Shown here: positions 16,830 to 32,438 of the stretch, one piece after another
Layout of the letters: each line of letters opens with the position of its first letter
How positions within the stretch are numbered: position 1 is the stretch's first letter
Source: Eledone cirrhosa
Taxonomy: Eukaryota
Direction: 5' to 3'
Assembly: GCA_964016885.1 (NCBI GenBank)
Contig: OZ024743.1
Span: forward strand, 57,846,001-57,910,000
DNA length: 64,000 nt
Position numbers and translations under genes: made by a program
The notes under the pieces: generated by a model
Database searches by the model: none
What the model was told of the DNA's origin: nothing
Seen by the model: the letters and a program-made list of their open reading frames with translations, nothing else

Positions 16830-17119
16830 AATAATGATGGCTGCGCGTTGCAAATGGGGTGCATATGAAAAAGTAAGTCCTTCATCAGTGACCCTCCAAC
16901 CGTCCCAGGCATTTCATCGCTTTAAGGGCCATATACCTCAGGTTGGTGCGAACAACGGCTAAAAAAAGTCGTTGGGACACGTAAATAAAGGGGACGTTAG
17001 GGTAACAAACAAAATGGTTTAAGCAACGGAAAGTGAGAAGAAATAGACAAGTCCCAGATCTCTATGAATATAACCTCGGTGAAATCGTGAACAAGAGACA
17101 AAAGACCATCAAACCTGGT

Positions 17120-17359
<240 letters not shown>

Positions 17360-17374
17360 TTACATATATATATA

Positions 17375-17430
<56 letters not shown>

Positions 17431-17451
17431 CATATATACTATAATATGCTA

Positions 17452-18472
17452 TATTCAGAAACAAAATATACTCCTTACACGGTGTTACATCTAGGCAATA
17501 TCAATATAACAATTCTATATTATATGTATATACTTGTTTTAAAGAATATTTTCTTAGAATCTTCCGAGAAGAAATATTATTGTTTATAATGATGCTGCTG
17601 GAAGGTAGTCCAATCTATATTACAGCGAACGAAATTTACCATTACTGGAATGATTATTCCTTCAGAGGAATACTCATAGATATAAACACATCAGAGTGCA
17701 TGCCTTAGACCGAATTATACAATTTAAGTCTAATTTGTAAATCAAAAGGGGCATAATTATCTAAGGGAATAACTATGTTGTATTTTTTTAGAACAAAAAG
17801 GGGAAAACATATATTTTCATTATACCAGGCCAAGTTAAGTGATATTGATAGAGTAGATGTTAGGTGGTGTGTTGTTTCAATTAAGTAACTACTTCTGAGC
17901 AGCAGTGATTTAGATATTCTGGATAATCTATAGGAAATAGCTGATAGCGGGGTCTATTGTAGGGTTGAGGGGGGGGGGGGTGAACTTTAAGATGGCTATA
18001 TGGGATCAAAGACTCCGTTAGAGAAAGAGCAGGGAAGCCTATGTAGGCAACTTATTTCTGTTACAGCTCTATTGATAATATGTGTATGAGGGGAGCATAT
18101 AATATAATTGTTCCTACTTTTGGCACAAGGCCAGCAAATACCCAGTACATTACTGGTATCTTATCGGCACCGTAATGATGAAAGGGAACGTTAACCTCGA
18201 CGAGATTTGAACTCAGACCGTAAATGGACGTAACTATGCTGGAAAGCATGGCGTAGAGGAGCATATAATCTAATATGCTACCTTCAGACATAAGTGATAT
18301 TTCTTCTAGTTACATCATTAAAAACAATAATTTTTCTTCTCTGAAGATTCTATGAAAATATTATTTGTAATAATATATATGCATACGTACATACATATAT
18401 TTATAGAGCTGTTATATTGATATTGCCTAGATGAAACACCATGTAAGGAGTAAATTTTGTTTTTGAATGTAT
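17452..18472. repeat. Old diverged inverted repeat pair of about 150 bp
   Basis: 17452-17605 versus 18302-18472 (e.g. CATCTAGGCAATATCAATATAAC / GTTATATTGATATTGCCTAGATG). Confidence 0.7.
18106..18250 (-). mobile_element. Major SINE copy
   Basis: Reverse complement of the 4669 family. Confidence 0.75.
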
Positions 18473-18690
18473 TGCCTTCTTCTCCATTTATTTTTGCTTA
18501 TACCGGTTCTGCTTACCTTCTGCGCTTAGCTCTCATAAAATATTAACTTTTCTATAATATTTAACATTGCATCTCTAAGCATTGAGCACACCTCGTTTCG
18601 GCTATTGGCATCTATTATTTTGTATCATAATTCTTTCTCTTCCACTCTTATGATATGTCTCTTATTTGATATATATATATAAATAAATAA

Positions 18691-18764
<74 letters not shown>

Positions 18765-19112
18765 ACGTACACACGCGCATTCAAATATATGTATTATTTA
18801 CAATGTATTGAAACATCTGCATAGTTAGTTGATATAATTTACGCCTATATAGTTAGTATTATTAAAATGTTATGAGTGCGCATGTTTGGCTGAGTGTGTC
18901 AACAAGTCTGTTTCATAATCATCGGGTTTTGGATTCGATCCATCCAAGTTGGCAAGGGTCTTTAACAAAGTCTCAGATCAGCCCAATTTATTTGAATGAA
19001 ATTAGATAGATGACATCGCTACCAGTAGTCCACGTATCACCATTGTCTTCTGTATAGCCTTGTATTATTACTAACTTGTGTTAACTTTAACATTTCTGCC
19101 AATACAACGGTA

Positions 19113-19365
19113 GTTGTATTGGCAGAAATGTTAAAGTTTCAGAAAGATTTGCGTCACTCACTTACCTCTTTTATGTTCTGAGTTCAAATCCCAAAGTGGT
19201 CAGGTTTGCCTTTCGGAGTCGATAAAATACCAGTAATACACTAGGCCGATAAAGTACTAGTAATGCACTGGATCGATAACGTACCAGTAATACACTGGAG
19301 TCGAATTAATTGACTTTCCCTTCCTCCAAAATCGTTGGTTTTAACCTAAATCAGAAACCTTTATT
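19113..19365 (+). mobile_element. Diverged major SINE with triplicated GATAA..TACCAGTAATACACT unit
   Basis: B box CTGAGTTCAAATCC; three tandem units at 19221-19302. Confidence 0.7.
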
Positions 19366-19373
19366 ATCAACTG

Positions 19374-19565
19374 GGCGGTGGATTGGCAGTATCGGTAGAG
19401 GGTCAGACGCCAGGCTTTGCAGCATAGAGTTGCGCACCTTTACGGTCTGAGTTCATATCCTACCGAGGTTAGCTTTGCCTTTCATCCTTACGGGGTCGAT
19501 AAAATAAAGCACCAGTAATACACTGGATAATTGCTGGCCTTGTGCCAAAAGTTGAAACAATTATT
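19374..19565 (+). mobile_element. Major SINE copy
   Basis: High similarity to 4669-4858. Confidence 0.85.
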
Positions 19566-21614
19566 ATCAACTATTTCTCTTTTTATTGTACAGTTTTCTT
19601 TTATTTTTTCAGTAAGTCGACGTGGCTGTGACTCAGCTTGGAATACATGTTGACGATATACAGAGAGAAACAGAAAAGAGAAGAAGAACATATATAAAAA
19701 ATTACCAACATATAAATTAATATGTTTATCTTTTGTTGTTGCTCTTGGTTCTGAATATTTACCGGATGTTACCGGAAGTGGGAGTAGAAGTATACATACT
19801 AGTCTGACATTTCACTGATTCCAGCGAATGTTTTATATATATTCCTCGACTGCAGGGAGTCTTTGACAACAGAAACAAACAATAACAGTCAAAAGCACAA
19901 CTAATAATGAATGGATATCAAAAACTAGCGGTGTATTTGTAGAGTTGTAATGAAATAGAATAGGATGTTTTGTGCTATTTGTTCTGGCTCTCTGCGATCT
20001 CAGTACAATTTCTGTGGGCGTCAACTTTGCTTCTCATCGTTTCGAAGGCGATAGGGGTCGATTATTCCACCGTGTGTCATTTTTATTTACTTTCTCTACC
20101 TTTTGCTCTCTTTCACTGGAAAAATCGACTGTTTTCAGACTTAGAGGGGGATGTGCTTTACTAGGTTTAAGTGCCCCAAACATGCCGTATGTCCCTCGGA
20201 CTCAGTTAGGAGTTAAAAGAGACACATGGAAAGGGAGTATATGTAAAGCTGTACTGAGAAAGAATGTAAAAGGAATATTATTGGTGGAGGAGATGTCTTA
20301 CGAATACGAGAAATTAAGAAACCTGGATACTGTCAAAGAAACCTGGAATGATATGAAGGTGTTACCTTAGGTTACAACATACATGCATACATGATGATGA
20401 CTGCCTCCTCGTTATCGAGTATGGCCATTGCACGATATACCATTATTAGTAATTATTAATTAATTCCATCGTGCAATACCTGTGCAAAAGATTTTTTTTA
20501 AGTGAAGAAAGACTGTGCACTGAGCCAATCCCACTCTCTGAGCGACAGAGACTATAACCAGAACAGAAGAAAAGATCAACATCATCGGTAACTACTGAGC
20601 CGCAGGTTTTATGTCGGAGTTATCCCAGTTTCCTGGCGGGCCATTAATGAGAAGTTTGCACATCCAAAACCTAATATACACGTTTAGGTTCATACTTATT
20701 ATTAATGTAACTACAAGATATATACAAACACGCCTGAGCTTGGATTTGCGGAGAAAGAACGCTGCTGCTTAATTCATAATTTACAAATAGTCGTAATATC
20801 AAGAGCCTTAAAAATATATGAAAGATTCGTAAGGTTCAAAGGGGGAACTATTGCATAAAGGAAAACGAAAATTTCTATTTCCTTACAACCTTACTCCTTG
20901 GAAGGTGGCCAGTCAAAAATAAACTCAAAATTAAGAGAAAGCGAAGAGCACATACATGCATACATGCATACATACATACATGCAAACTTACATTCATAGT
21001 AGTTTTTATTCATTTGAAAGTATTATTGAACAAAATATTAAAATGGAAGTGTAAGGAAAGAGAATATAAGATGTTTAACGTCTTATACAGTGATTCGAAT
21101 TGTGAGGTAATATGTGTGTAAAGAAGGAGAGAGAAGAGATAGTAGGGGGGGGGAGAAGATGGAGGATGAGAAACAGAGAAGTGACGGAGGGAGAAGAAGA
21201 GAAAAAGAGTGGGGGTGGGTGGAAACAAAGGCGGGGTGGAGACAGAGAATGCATTGGTATTAGATGCGGTTATTTAACGAAGCAGAAAACAGTAGTTGAT
21301 CATCCGTGACCTCTTACAATATTACACCTCATTTCACTTCAGCAGGTTCGATTAAATGAAAAGAAAAAAAAGTTTGATGACAGCAACAACATCAAGTAAG
21401 TCAGCCTCAATAATAACATCAACAATAGTATCAACAACATCTTCAACAACATCTATAACAGCATCACAACAATATCAACAACAACAACCCCAAAACAACA
21501 TCAATATCATCATCAACAATAACAACAGCAACAACTTCAGTAAAAACAACGTCAACGTAGGCAACAACAACTTCAACATCAATTACATCAGCTACAACAA
21601 CAAAACAATAATAA

Positions 21615-21825
21615 TGATTTTCTATTTAGGCACAAGGCCAACAATTTTAGGGAAGGATAGAGCCGAGTAAATCGACTGCAGTGCATTACTGGTACTTTAT
21701 TTTATCGGCCCCGTAAAGATGAAAGGCAAAGCCAAGCTCGGCGTGATTTGAACCCAGAACGTAAATGGCCGTAACTTTATGCCTCAATGCATGTTGTCCG
21801 ACGCGCTGCCGATACTGCCAATCTA
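21615..21825 (-). mobile_element. Major SINE copy
   Basis: Reverse complement of family consensus. Confidence 0.75.
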
Positions 21826-22212
21826 ACAATAATAATAACAATGAAATAAAAATAACATAATAATAATTGTCTCTAATTTTGGCACAAGGCCAGTAATTAC
21901 CCAGTGCAATACTGGTACTTTAGGGCGAAAGGCAAAGTTAACTTCGATACACAACAACAATAAAATAGCAGCAAAAACATAAGCAAAAACAAAATAAGGA
22001 TAACCATTACGATGAAGACGATGATGATATCAAAATCAAAATGTGGGGCCTCTGTCGATTCCGACAAAGAGTGTTTCCGACATTTGAACAATTGAACAGC
22101 AAGTGGCTGAGCATTCCAATTAAGATTCAGCGTGACACAATACGTGATAAGGCTGGTCCTTTTCAATGATAGGTACAACTCATTATTTTCTGAGTTGATT
22201 ATTTTCACATGA

Positions 22213-22405
22213 GGGCGGTGGATTGGCAGTGTCGGTACAGGGTCGGACGCCATGCTTTGACGTATAGAGTTACGGCCCTTGCCATTCTGAGTTCAAATCC
22301 CGCCGAGGTTAACTTTGCCTTTCATCCTTACGGGGTCGATAAAATAAAGTACCAGTAATGTACTGGGTTATTACTGGCTTTGTGCCAAAAGTAGAAACAA
22401 TTATT
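22213..22405 (+). mobile_element. Major SINE copy
   Basis: High similarity to 4669-4858. Confidence 0.85.
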
Positions 22406-22514
22406 TTCTTAGTTGATTGTACTGATGAAACGAGAAATATGTCTAGCTGAAACACACAACGCACACCCTTGAGACGAACATCATAAAAACTAAACCACAT
22501 ACATTCACATCAAT

Positions 22515-22730
22515 GGTTTCTGATTTAGGCATAAGACCAACACATTTAGAAGAGGAGAAAGTGGATTAAATCCACCCCAGTGCGTTACTGGTACTTTATT
22601 TTATCGATCCCGTAAGGATGAAATGCAAAGCTAACTTTGGCAGGATTTGAACTCAGAACGTAAAGGCCCATAACTACATGGCACAAAGCATATTGTTCGA
22701 TGCTCTACCGAATCTGCCAATCCACCGGCC
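22515..22730 (-). mobile_element. Major SINE copy
   Basis: Reverse complement of family consensus. Confidence 0.8.
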
Positions 22731-22898
22731 TTCACATTCAGATCAATGAAAAGACGAACAACACGAACAGCAACGTCGATAGAAATATCAACAACAATAA
22801 CAACAACGTTATACGACAACACATCATTATAGAACCAGGAAGAACTTCATATGAGAAACATCAGCAACAACAACAGCAACAACAACTAATATAACAGT

Positions 22899-22923
22899 AT
22901 GGTGATGGTGATGATGATGATGG

Positions 22924-22961
<38 letters not shown>

Positions 22962-23195
22962 GTGATGATGATGGCGGTGATGATGATGATGATGGTGATG
23001 GTAAGGATGATGATGATGATGGTGGTGATGATGCTGGCGGTGATGATGATGATGGTGAGGATGATGATGATGAGGCTGATGATGGTAGTGGTGGTGGTGA
23101 TGATGATGATAATGATGATGATGAGGAGGAGGATGATGGTGGTGGTGGTGGTTGTGGTTGTGATGATGAGAATGATAACAATGATAATGATGATG
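22899..23195. repeat. (GAT/GGT)n compound trinucleotide tract
   Basis: Direct inspection. Confidence 0.9.
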
Positions 23196-23665
23196 TAAGA
23201 TGCAACGAGAATGAAACTATACATTAAGAAGCAACAGAGAAGGAGTAGTAGCAGTAGTATTAGTAGTAGTAGTAACGATAGTAGTAGGTATAGCATTTAT
23301 TATAGTAGTAGTCGTATTTGTAGTAGTATTTATAGTAATAGGAGGAGGTGGATGGGTGGATATGGAGGAGGAGGAAGTAGGGAAAAAGATGAAGGGAGAA
23401 GGAGGGAGAGGATGAAGATAACAGAGCATTCTATTTTTTTATTGTTTAGCTCTGGAAAAATTAATGAATTGTGAAATATATAAAAATTAATATTAAAACG
23501 AGTAGCGCAGGTGTGGCATGATCTCAGTTCAGTATGTTCTTGACAGCATTTAGGGAGGTTGACCTATCAAGGTCATTGGTCGATTAGTTCAAAGTGTGAC
23601 ATATTCACATGAATTATGGGAATAGTTTGTAACACTGGCTAAAATGAAGATTTTCTCATTCAGTA

Positions 23666-23795
23666 ATAATTGTTTCTACTTTTGGCACAAGGCTAGCGAT
23701 TACCCCAGTACATTACTGGTGCTATATTTTATCGACCATGTAAGGATGAAAGTCAAAGTTAACCTCAGCCATACCTCTATGCTGCAAAGCATGGT
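23666..23795 (-). mobile_element. Partial major SINE copy
   Basis: TTTTGGCACAAGGC...CAGTACATTACTGGT...AGGATGAAAG. Confidence 0.65.
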
Positions 23796-23858
23796 GTCAG
23801 TAATAATGCCTCAAGGCTATCTTCAATTCGGTATTCGTCCCAACCTGTACCTATAGAC

Positions 23859-24311
23859 AGGAATCTTGGGTAATAATCGAAAGAATACGATCGCAAATAC
23901 AAGCGACCAAAATGGGGTTCCTCTGAAGGGCCTTTGGAATAACCTTACTCGATAGAGGACGTAGCTCGAAGGTCAGAGAATCGCTCCAAGTAGAGCAGTT
24001 ACTAGGAGCTCCGATACTATGGCCATGTGGTTAGAATGTCTAAGGGAAGAATCGCTGGACAAATTTTACAGGCAAAACCAAATGGGAAGGAGTCCCAGAG
24101 GTAGTTCCCGAGCAAGATAGTTAGATAACATCCATGATTTCGGCGAGGCCCACCTGAGGATCCAGTGGGATCAGTTGGAGACGATTGCTTCTGACAGGAC
24201 ACCCTGGAAGGAGTGTTTGGGGACTCTGCTCCCATGACCCTCTCAGGAAGAAGAAGAAGAAGAAGAAGAAGAAGAAGAAGAAGAAGAAGAAGAAGAAGAA
24301 GAAGAAGAAGA
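23859..24311 (+). mobile_element. RTE-clade LINE 3' end with (AGA)n tail
   Basis: ESWVIIERIRSQIQATKMGFL...LRYYGHVVRM-like translation; homologous to 37015-37540 and 26100-26500. Confidence 0.75.
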
Positions 24312-26089
24312 AACCTTAAAGCAACGAATTGGCATAATCGTTCGAACATCGAACAGAGTGCTTTGCGGTATTCGTTTTGTCTCTCCCTCGAACGTCAACT
24401 TTGCCTTTCACCCTTTCGAAGTGGATAAAAAAAAGGACAAGACTAGTACTTTGGTGGATCCTTCCTCTATATCTCATTTTCTCCCTCACTCTCTATTCTC
24501 CTCTGGAAGAAATCTGTTATGTTCAGACTTGGAGAAGGATGGGCTCTGCCAAGCTAAAAATGTCCAAGAAACGTCACCTGCCAGTACGGCGCCCCGATAT
24601 CTCCACCAGGAGTCGTGTGTTCATGCCATGCCAATAATGTCTCATAAATGTAATATCGAAGCAACGGACTTCTGTTGTTTTTGACGATAAGATTTATTGT
24701 TGGCTGATCAGTTGAACACCTGGTCTTAAAATTAACGTGTAAGTGTCAGAACATTCCACAGACTCATACAACTTTAATGTAATTCTCAGGGAGATCCAGC
24801 GTGAATTCAGTGTATTACAATTCCGGCCTTTTGAATTACACCGTTATTCCAATCAATGGGGTGGGCTTCCAAATAGTTTCCATCTATACAATTTGACTAA
24901 CAAGCATTCGGGTGTGCTTCGTCTACTTATGTTATAAAGCGACTTGAACATTTATTTTCGTTCAACTGAGATTATCCAAGCAATTAATTGATCCGCCACC
25001 ACCAAAATACGCCATTTCTGTCGTTTAAAATATAAAAGCTAAAAGTACTACAAGCTAGGGGGATAACTCCAGTGAGATCGAGTGGTCGAAAATTTTACAT
25101 CATATTGGGAATGCAAATTTAGTAGAACAGGATTCGGTTAGGAGATTTAATAAGTCTTAAATATTATTGTTTTCACTATTTGGCGTGAAATATCAGAGCC
25201 CATTCTATCTGCTTTGTTTATAATATGAAAAGATTTTACTTAACTAATCTTTTTAGAGTTTTCTTCCTTGTTTTTTTATGTTCACGTTTGATACCCAACT
25301 ATATGAAGGTTCTGTTGACAAATTACTTTGCTAAAATTAGTTGATTGACGTTTTACAACTCATTATATTACATACATTTACCGCGCATCATTAACCATGT
25401 CATTAGAGTCTTGGATTAAATGATTCGGTGCTTGTTCCGGTTCTCTGCTGACTGAATTTAAATTCCTCTGAGATCGTTTTTGCGTGTCATCATTTCGAAG
25501 AAGACAAATAAATTAACAGTCCAGTGGCAGTGGATTGCCACAATTATTAAAATTAAAGACAATGCGTCACCGGGAATTGAACTCATGATATTTTTGATCG
25601 TGAGTCAAACACCCTAGCCAAGTGCCTACACGGATATTGATCTAAACTATGTTTATTTATTTTTTCGATAGTGAATATTCCCAGACGAAAATAATATAGA
25701 TTGGAATTGGTTTGACCTTTAGGGGTGCAATATATTTTAACGATTCACTGTTTAGGGACCGAAGAAATCAAAGGGTCATGAAAACTGACATTACATTGAT
25801 GGAGGGAGTGTAGAGTTTGTCCCCTTCCCATTTCTCCACCCATATGTTTTCTTGTTTCTTTCTTTTAATGTAATATTTTTCTCTTTCTGTAATTATGATA
25901 TTGTAAATAAATATTGAAGTTATGTTTTAAAATAAATGAATAAATAAATAAAAATAGTTTATTTGATCGATTACATTTCGTATCAAATTCTATATTTTTC
26001 TAAGTATTGATTTGAAAGGGAACAACTAAAACGAATACCGCAAAGCACTCTCTCCGACGTCTAACAACTATGCCAATTCATTGTCTTAT

Positions 26090-26830
26090 TATTATTCTTA
26101 TTATTATTCGCCCACTTATTCCCGAGAGGTTCGTGGGGTCAGAGTCCTCAAACACTCCTTCCAGTGGGTTCTGTCAGAAGCAGTCGTCTCCAACTGATCC
26201 GGCAGGATCCCAAAGCGAGACCAGCCAAGCTCGTGGATGTTATCTAACCATCTGGCCAGTTGATTTTTCCCGTAAAACCTGCCTAACTATTCCTTTCTGG
26301 GACATTCTAACCACATGCCTAAAATATCGGAGCTGTGATAGCTCAATTCGGAGAAGTAGCGGTTCTACCTGTAATGACTCTCTGATCCCCTAGCTAGCAC
26401 TCTATCGAGTAATGTTACTTCAAAGATCCGTCGGAGGAATCCCATTTCGGCTGCTTGTATTCGCGTCGTATTCTTTCGCTCATTACCCCAGATTCATGAC
26501 CATAGGTAAGGGTTGGCACAAATATAGAATTGAAGATGGCGAGTTTAGCTTTTATACCTTCTGATTACCGAATGCTCAAGCGACTGCATTACTGCACCAG
26601 CTCCTGCAATTCTTTCACCGAATTTAGTTTCTTGCCCTCCATCAAACGTGATACCTGCACATCTGCACCTGCTTCAGTGGAACTCCATTCACATGTAGAG
26701 TGCATTGCGCAGTATTCTTTGAGAGGACGATTGTCTCAATTTTCGCAGCAATGATTTTCATACCAACCATGCAGCAGACAGCACAAAACCTATCAAGTGC
26801 AATTTGGAGATCACCTTCTGCCGAGTAAAA
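26090..26830 (-). mobile_element. RTE-clade LINE 3' fragment with (AAT)n tail
   Basis: Reverse complement gives YGHESGVMSERI..IQAAEMGFLRR..SQLRYFRHVVRM. Confidence 0.75.
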
Positions 26831-27315
26831 TCAGTTGGGTGGAATTTTCAGACGACATGGTGTTACTTAACTCGACAGAAGGGGGGATATAGTACCAATC
26901 GACTAAATTAATTAGTCACTTAATTAATTATTTCTATGGTACAAATCTCATCAAGAAAACACGGATTAATTAGATGAGACATTTTATTCCATCATGTTAT
27001 TACACAAGAAGACGTTCAAGAAGAGAAAACAAAAAAGAATAGGAAAAAGGAAAAGAAAGACAACTTAGGTGCATTTTGTAGCGAAAACGGAACATAAATT
27101 TAAGCAAGTTTAAAATTGTTAGAGAAAGTTAGGTAGAAAGGCAATTCACAACACAGATATATATATCCAGTGTAACGCGGAGTTACTGTAGGTTCAACTG
27201 GATGAACACTCGATGTTGAGGTTCGCGGCGGTATCGAGGTGTAGAGCTAGACAGAGTGTAGTACAATAAAATAAAACAAGGATGAGTGGTTACACCTTCA
27301 TTACGTTTATTGGTT

Positions 27316-27343
27316 GGTGACGCGCGTTTCGCTGTTGATCAGC
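27316..27343 (-). ncRNA. 3' half of a hammerhead (family F)
   Basis: GCTG(ATCAA)CAGC-GAAA-CGCGCG-TC-ACC with palindromic ACGCGCGT helix III and GUC triplet. CUGANGA half missing. Lies in a TA-flanked island at 27168-27390. Confidence 0.5.
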
Positions 27344-27382
27344 TTAAGGTTCAATCTGTATCGATCTAGCCCGACTCTGTAA

Positions 27383-28168
<786 letters not shown>

Positions 28169-28974
28169 CAAGATGTACTGGGTCACTACAGCGTAAAGTA
28201 TCTTAGTCAATGGATTATTTTAGTACCGTCGATGGCATACGAGACTTTAATCTTTTAATCCTCATAAAGTTCGTCATTTTACCGAGGCCAACAGCAGGTT
28301 TCTAGTTGATACTTTTATTTAAAACCCCAACATCAAATCTAAACTAGAATGTTCCACCGAAATGGCGAAACATTTCTTATTCTTTGACCTCCCTTAAGTA
28401 GAATAATTTCAAAAAGGATAATTCAATATTCAGAATTCAAAAATTGTTTTTTATACGGATAAACTTTTTATTTGCCCTGACCTAATTCATAGTGCCTCTC
28501 AACTTGTCATTCTCTACAATGATATATATTCTCCCAGACTAGATTCTTCAATAAATTATTCATGCGTGATAAAACAATTTCAGAAAAAAAAAAAACAGTC
28601 ATAAAAAACACAAACATACAAGAGGAAAGAAATGTATCTAACTAAACCAGGTTTATATATTCTATAGTAGATTTCACAGAGTCATTGCATAATTAACTTT
28701 ATCTTATTCTACAGACTTCACCATTTTGGCGGCTCTAAACCTCGTTAATTGTATTCAAAGCCTTCCCTTGCTTCAGTCTAGAAGCGTGATCATACATTTC
28801 AATAAATATTTAGCTAGATTTGAAAAATTACTATCCATGAACACAAATAACAATTTATAGTAAAATATATGGTATTTTTTTTTTACAAATTTTTCCCACC
28901 GCACGCAACATCTATTTTTGACATTGTGAATATATAAGTACCCAATTAAACAGCAACAGCAACAACATCAACAA

Positions 28975-28978
28975 CAAT

Positions 28979-29042
<64 letters not shown>

Positions 29043-29107
29043 ACATTATCATCAGCATCATAATCCTCGACCTCACCATCATCAAAAGCAACAACAACAG
29101 CAATATC

Positions 29108-29154
<47 letters not shown>

Positions 29155-29201
29155 AGAACACTAACAACCACAACTACAGCAACACTGTAATCATCATAAT
29201 T

Positions 29202-29240
<39 letters not shown>

Positions 29241-29376
29241 GTAATCACTGCAACAATAAACTATTGAGGTGTTGAACACAAGAAAATCTTTAGTCAGTTT
29301 GAAGTCACGTATTTCATATAAGTGATTAAATGAATTTGGTATAGTATCTAATAAGTATGGGGCTACTACAACAACA

Positions 29377-29440
<64 letters not shown>

Positions 29441-29500
29441 ATACTACTACTGCTACTACTACTACTACTTCTACTACTAATGCTGCTGCTACTACTACTA

Positions 29501-29538
<38 letters not shown>

Positions 29539-29539
29539 A

Positions 29540-29577
<38 letters not shown>

Positions 29578-29600
29578 ACTACTACTACTACTGCTACTGA
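28975..29600. repeat. (CAT)n, (CTA)n and (CTG)n tracts
   Basis: Direct inspection. Confidence 0.9.
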
Positions 29601-30495
29601 AGAGGGGAAAATAGCATGCATGGGCTACAGTTACTCTTCCAAATAACCTATTGTACATCCATGGTCTAACGAGACATACACATCTCATACTCTTGTGAGC
29701 TTTCGCCGCACAACGAAACCCTGTTCTGTCTGCTTTGGGTCCCTGTATGTTCTTATTCTACTTTATTGAAAGTATACTATGCAATATGTTGTATTCAGGT
29801 CTATTTTCGTATATTCATTTATATATTTGGTCAGTTTTAACGTCCGTATATAGCTAGTAAGCCATGACAGACTAGGAAAAGTATCGAGTTCTCCCTACAG
29901 TTGGTAATCAAACAGAGCTAGTGAGAAAAGTAATAATAATAATAAAAAAATTAAAAAGGCAGGAAAAAAGATATATATATTGAAGGCCAATAATTGTAAT
30001 TCACAAGGTTTTCGTTATGTTTTTGTCTGCATAAGGTTTGTCATTCCCAAGGCAATTATCCTCATAGGGGTTGATTCTGTTTTTAGTCTCTAATTTTTCT
30101 TTGGATATTTTCTCTGTTTCTTTTAAATATACATCCTCAATTTGTCTGACGGATACATCGATCAAAAGGTACTTTATGTCTCGAGGGTTCTCGATAACAA
30201 TATCCAGTAGATTTTCCTTAATTTCTATCTGCTATGGGAAAAACATTACAGAGTGTGATCACTTTGCCCTTCTCTGAAACAAGTTCTTGTATATACTTAA
30301 ACCAGTTCTTTAATGCGTTTTATTTTTATTGAAATGGGACATGGTAAACCTTTCGGACCTGATCAGTTTGTCCAGATTAAAAAATACAGAAGAAAAGTAA
30401 AGAGGAAAAGTTAGTAATGGATGAATGACGTGGCAAGGTAGGTAGATAGTTTATCTATAGAGGATGAGAGTGTGGATTAGTAGTTGATAGATATC

Positions 30496-30605
30496 ACGAG
30501 TTGGAATGACTCTTCCAGCGCATCGCCCTTACCATCTTCCGGGGAAAAAACCTTCTCCATTCTGTCCGCCGGAGCTGTGGGGAGGCCAGCACGTGGGACC
30601 CCATT
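30496..30605 (+). mobile_element. CRE-like 3' terminal fragment
   Basis: Reverse-complement match to 1175-1268; HELE*LFQRIALTIFRG. Confidence 0.7.
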
Positions 30606-31469
30606 TGCTCACCATACAGAGAGATGGGAAGGGCGACAGAGATGGACGCGATGATAGTGGGAGTTCGGCTCTTCCACGTTCGGAGCATATCCTTGTGGTT
30701 GTGTTCATTATCTATAGAGTTTCCGTATTTAAACACTTCCAACCATTAAAGCTTGAAATTTGTGAGTCATATGAACCTCTAATGGCTTCTTTTCACCTTC
30801 CTCCTCATCCTTCTTTTTATTTTTTCTCCTTGACAGAATTGACCAATATTATCTGAATTTCTTGATGATTTCATGGAAGTAGGCTAGTAGTTAGGTAGCT
30901 AGGTTACTGGTGTATATGTAGAGTAGAGTAGAGTAGAGGTGAATGGTGGGAAAATGAAGAAAGTGGATAAAGAGATATGTATGAGTTTTCTCAATAGAGA
31001 AGTGTGTGTTGAGTAAGAAAGGAAATTGGTAATTATGTAAGTAACTAAGTTATAAAACTAGGTAGATTTTTGTGTATAGAGGGGTGTTGGGAGGGATGGT
31101 GGGTGGTAGACTGAAGTATTTGAGTAGGAGGTTTCTGGGTAGAATTGAAAAGGGTTGGATGGTAAAAAGTTGCAGGAAATGATAGGGTAGGTGATTTCTT
31201 GGTAGAGAAAAGTGGGCTGGTTGGTGGTAGATGATCAAGTGGGTGAGTATGATGACATGCAGAGTTCTAAGTAGATATGTGTGGTTACAAATGGTGGGTG
31301 GTTAGTTTCTGGGTAGAGGAGAGTGAAGGTATAAGGAAGTGGTTGAAGAGGGTTGAGATAAAATTGTTGGTAATGTGAGATTTGAGTAGTTATCTGTACT
31401 AGGATATTTTTGCACACGTTTACGAGTATGTGTATATGTGTATATGTGTATATGTGTATATATATATGT

Positions 31470-31514
<45 letters not shown>

Positions 31515-32355
31515 GGCATATATATACATATATATCTATGGGTATATAAATATAAACGCACAAGCACAGACACATTTACAAAAATACACACTCACAGACA
31601 TACATTCATACAAACACACACATACATTCACACAAACACATTCACAGATACATTTACACAAACACACACATACACATAGAGTCAACAAACAGCGCAGCAA
31701 ATGTAACGCCAGTCACTGTTTTGCTATAGTTTTTTCACCATCCCCTTTCTTCCTTTTACACATAGATACATTCAGAAGAACACACACGGACACACATTGT
31801 GTGACGGACGGGCAGACGGAAGTCGCTCAAATTTATATATAGATAGTTAACATAACAGTGATCCAATGGCATACCAGAGAGGTTACCGGGTCCAGAGATT
31901 TATAAACACATAACTGATATATACTAGATAGATCTTGCATAGTCGTTTGGTTATCGATCTGTGCTGGATTGAAATTTATTTTTATATCCTAGCTTCAACT
32001 GGTACATAGATTCATGTGATGACATGTAAAGCTACTTAAAATCTAATGACTTCCATTGAAAACACAGAATTTATGGTAGAAATAATATTTTTGGTAATAC
32101 TCCATAGCTTCCATTCTTCTCCACCTTCCACCAACTGTTATCTTTTCCCTCTCTACTTCTTCCACTCAATTTCAAACACAGCTTTTCCTCCGCCTACACC
32201 CCACCCTTGAATGTTTGCCACAATACATAACAATACAATAAAGTGGCAGCCATTTAGCACCACTTAAAAGGTACTTCGTTGTAAAATGTATACAGAAAAT
32301 AAACACAAACAAACACACACTCATACACACACACGCACACACATGCACACACACA

Positions 32356-32438
<83 letters not shown>

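Noticed and set aside
16870-16895. CTGATGAAGGAC on the minus strand
   Set aside because: No matching helix II arm or GAAA could be found.
19221-19302. CRISPR-like short direct repeats
   Set aside because: Tandem triplication inside a SINE, no unique spacers, eukaryotic context.
19972-20370. 132-aa ORF resembling an RTE 5' region
   Set aside because: Similarity to APE motifs too degenerate to support.
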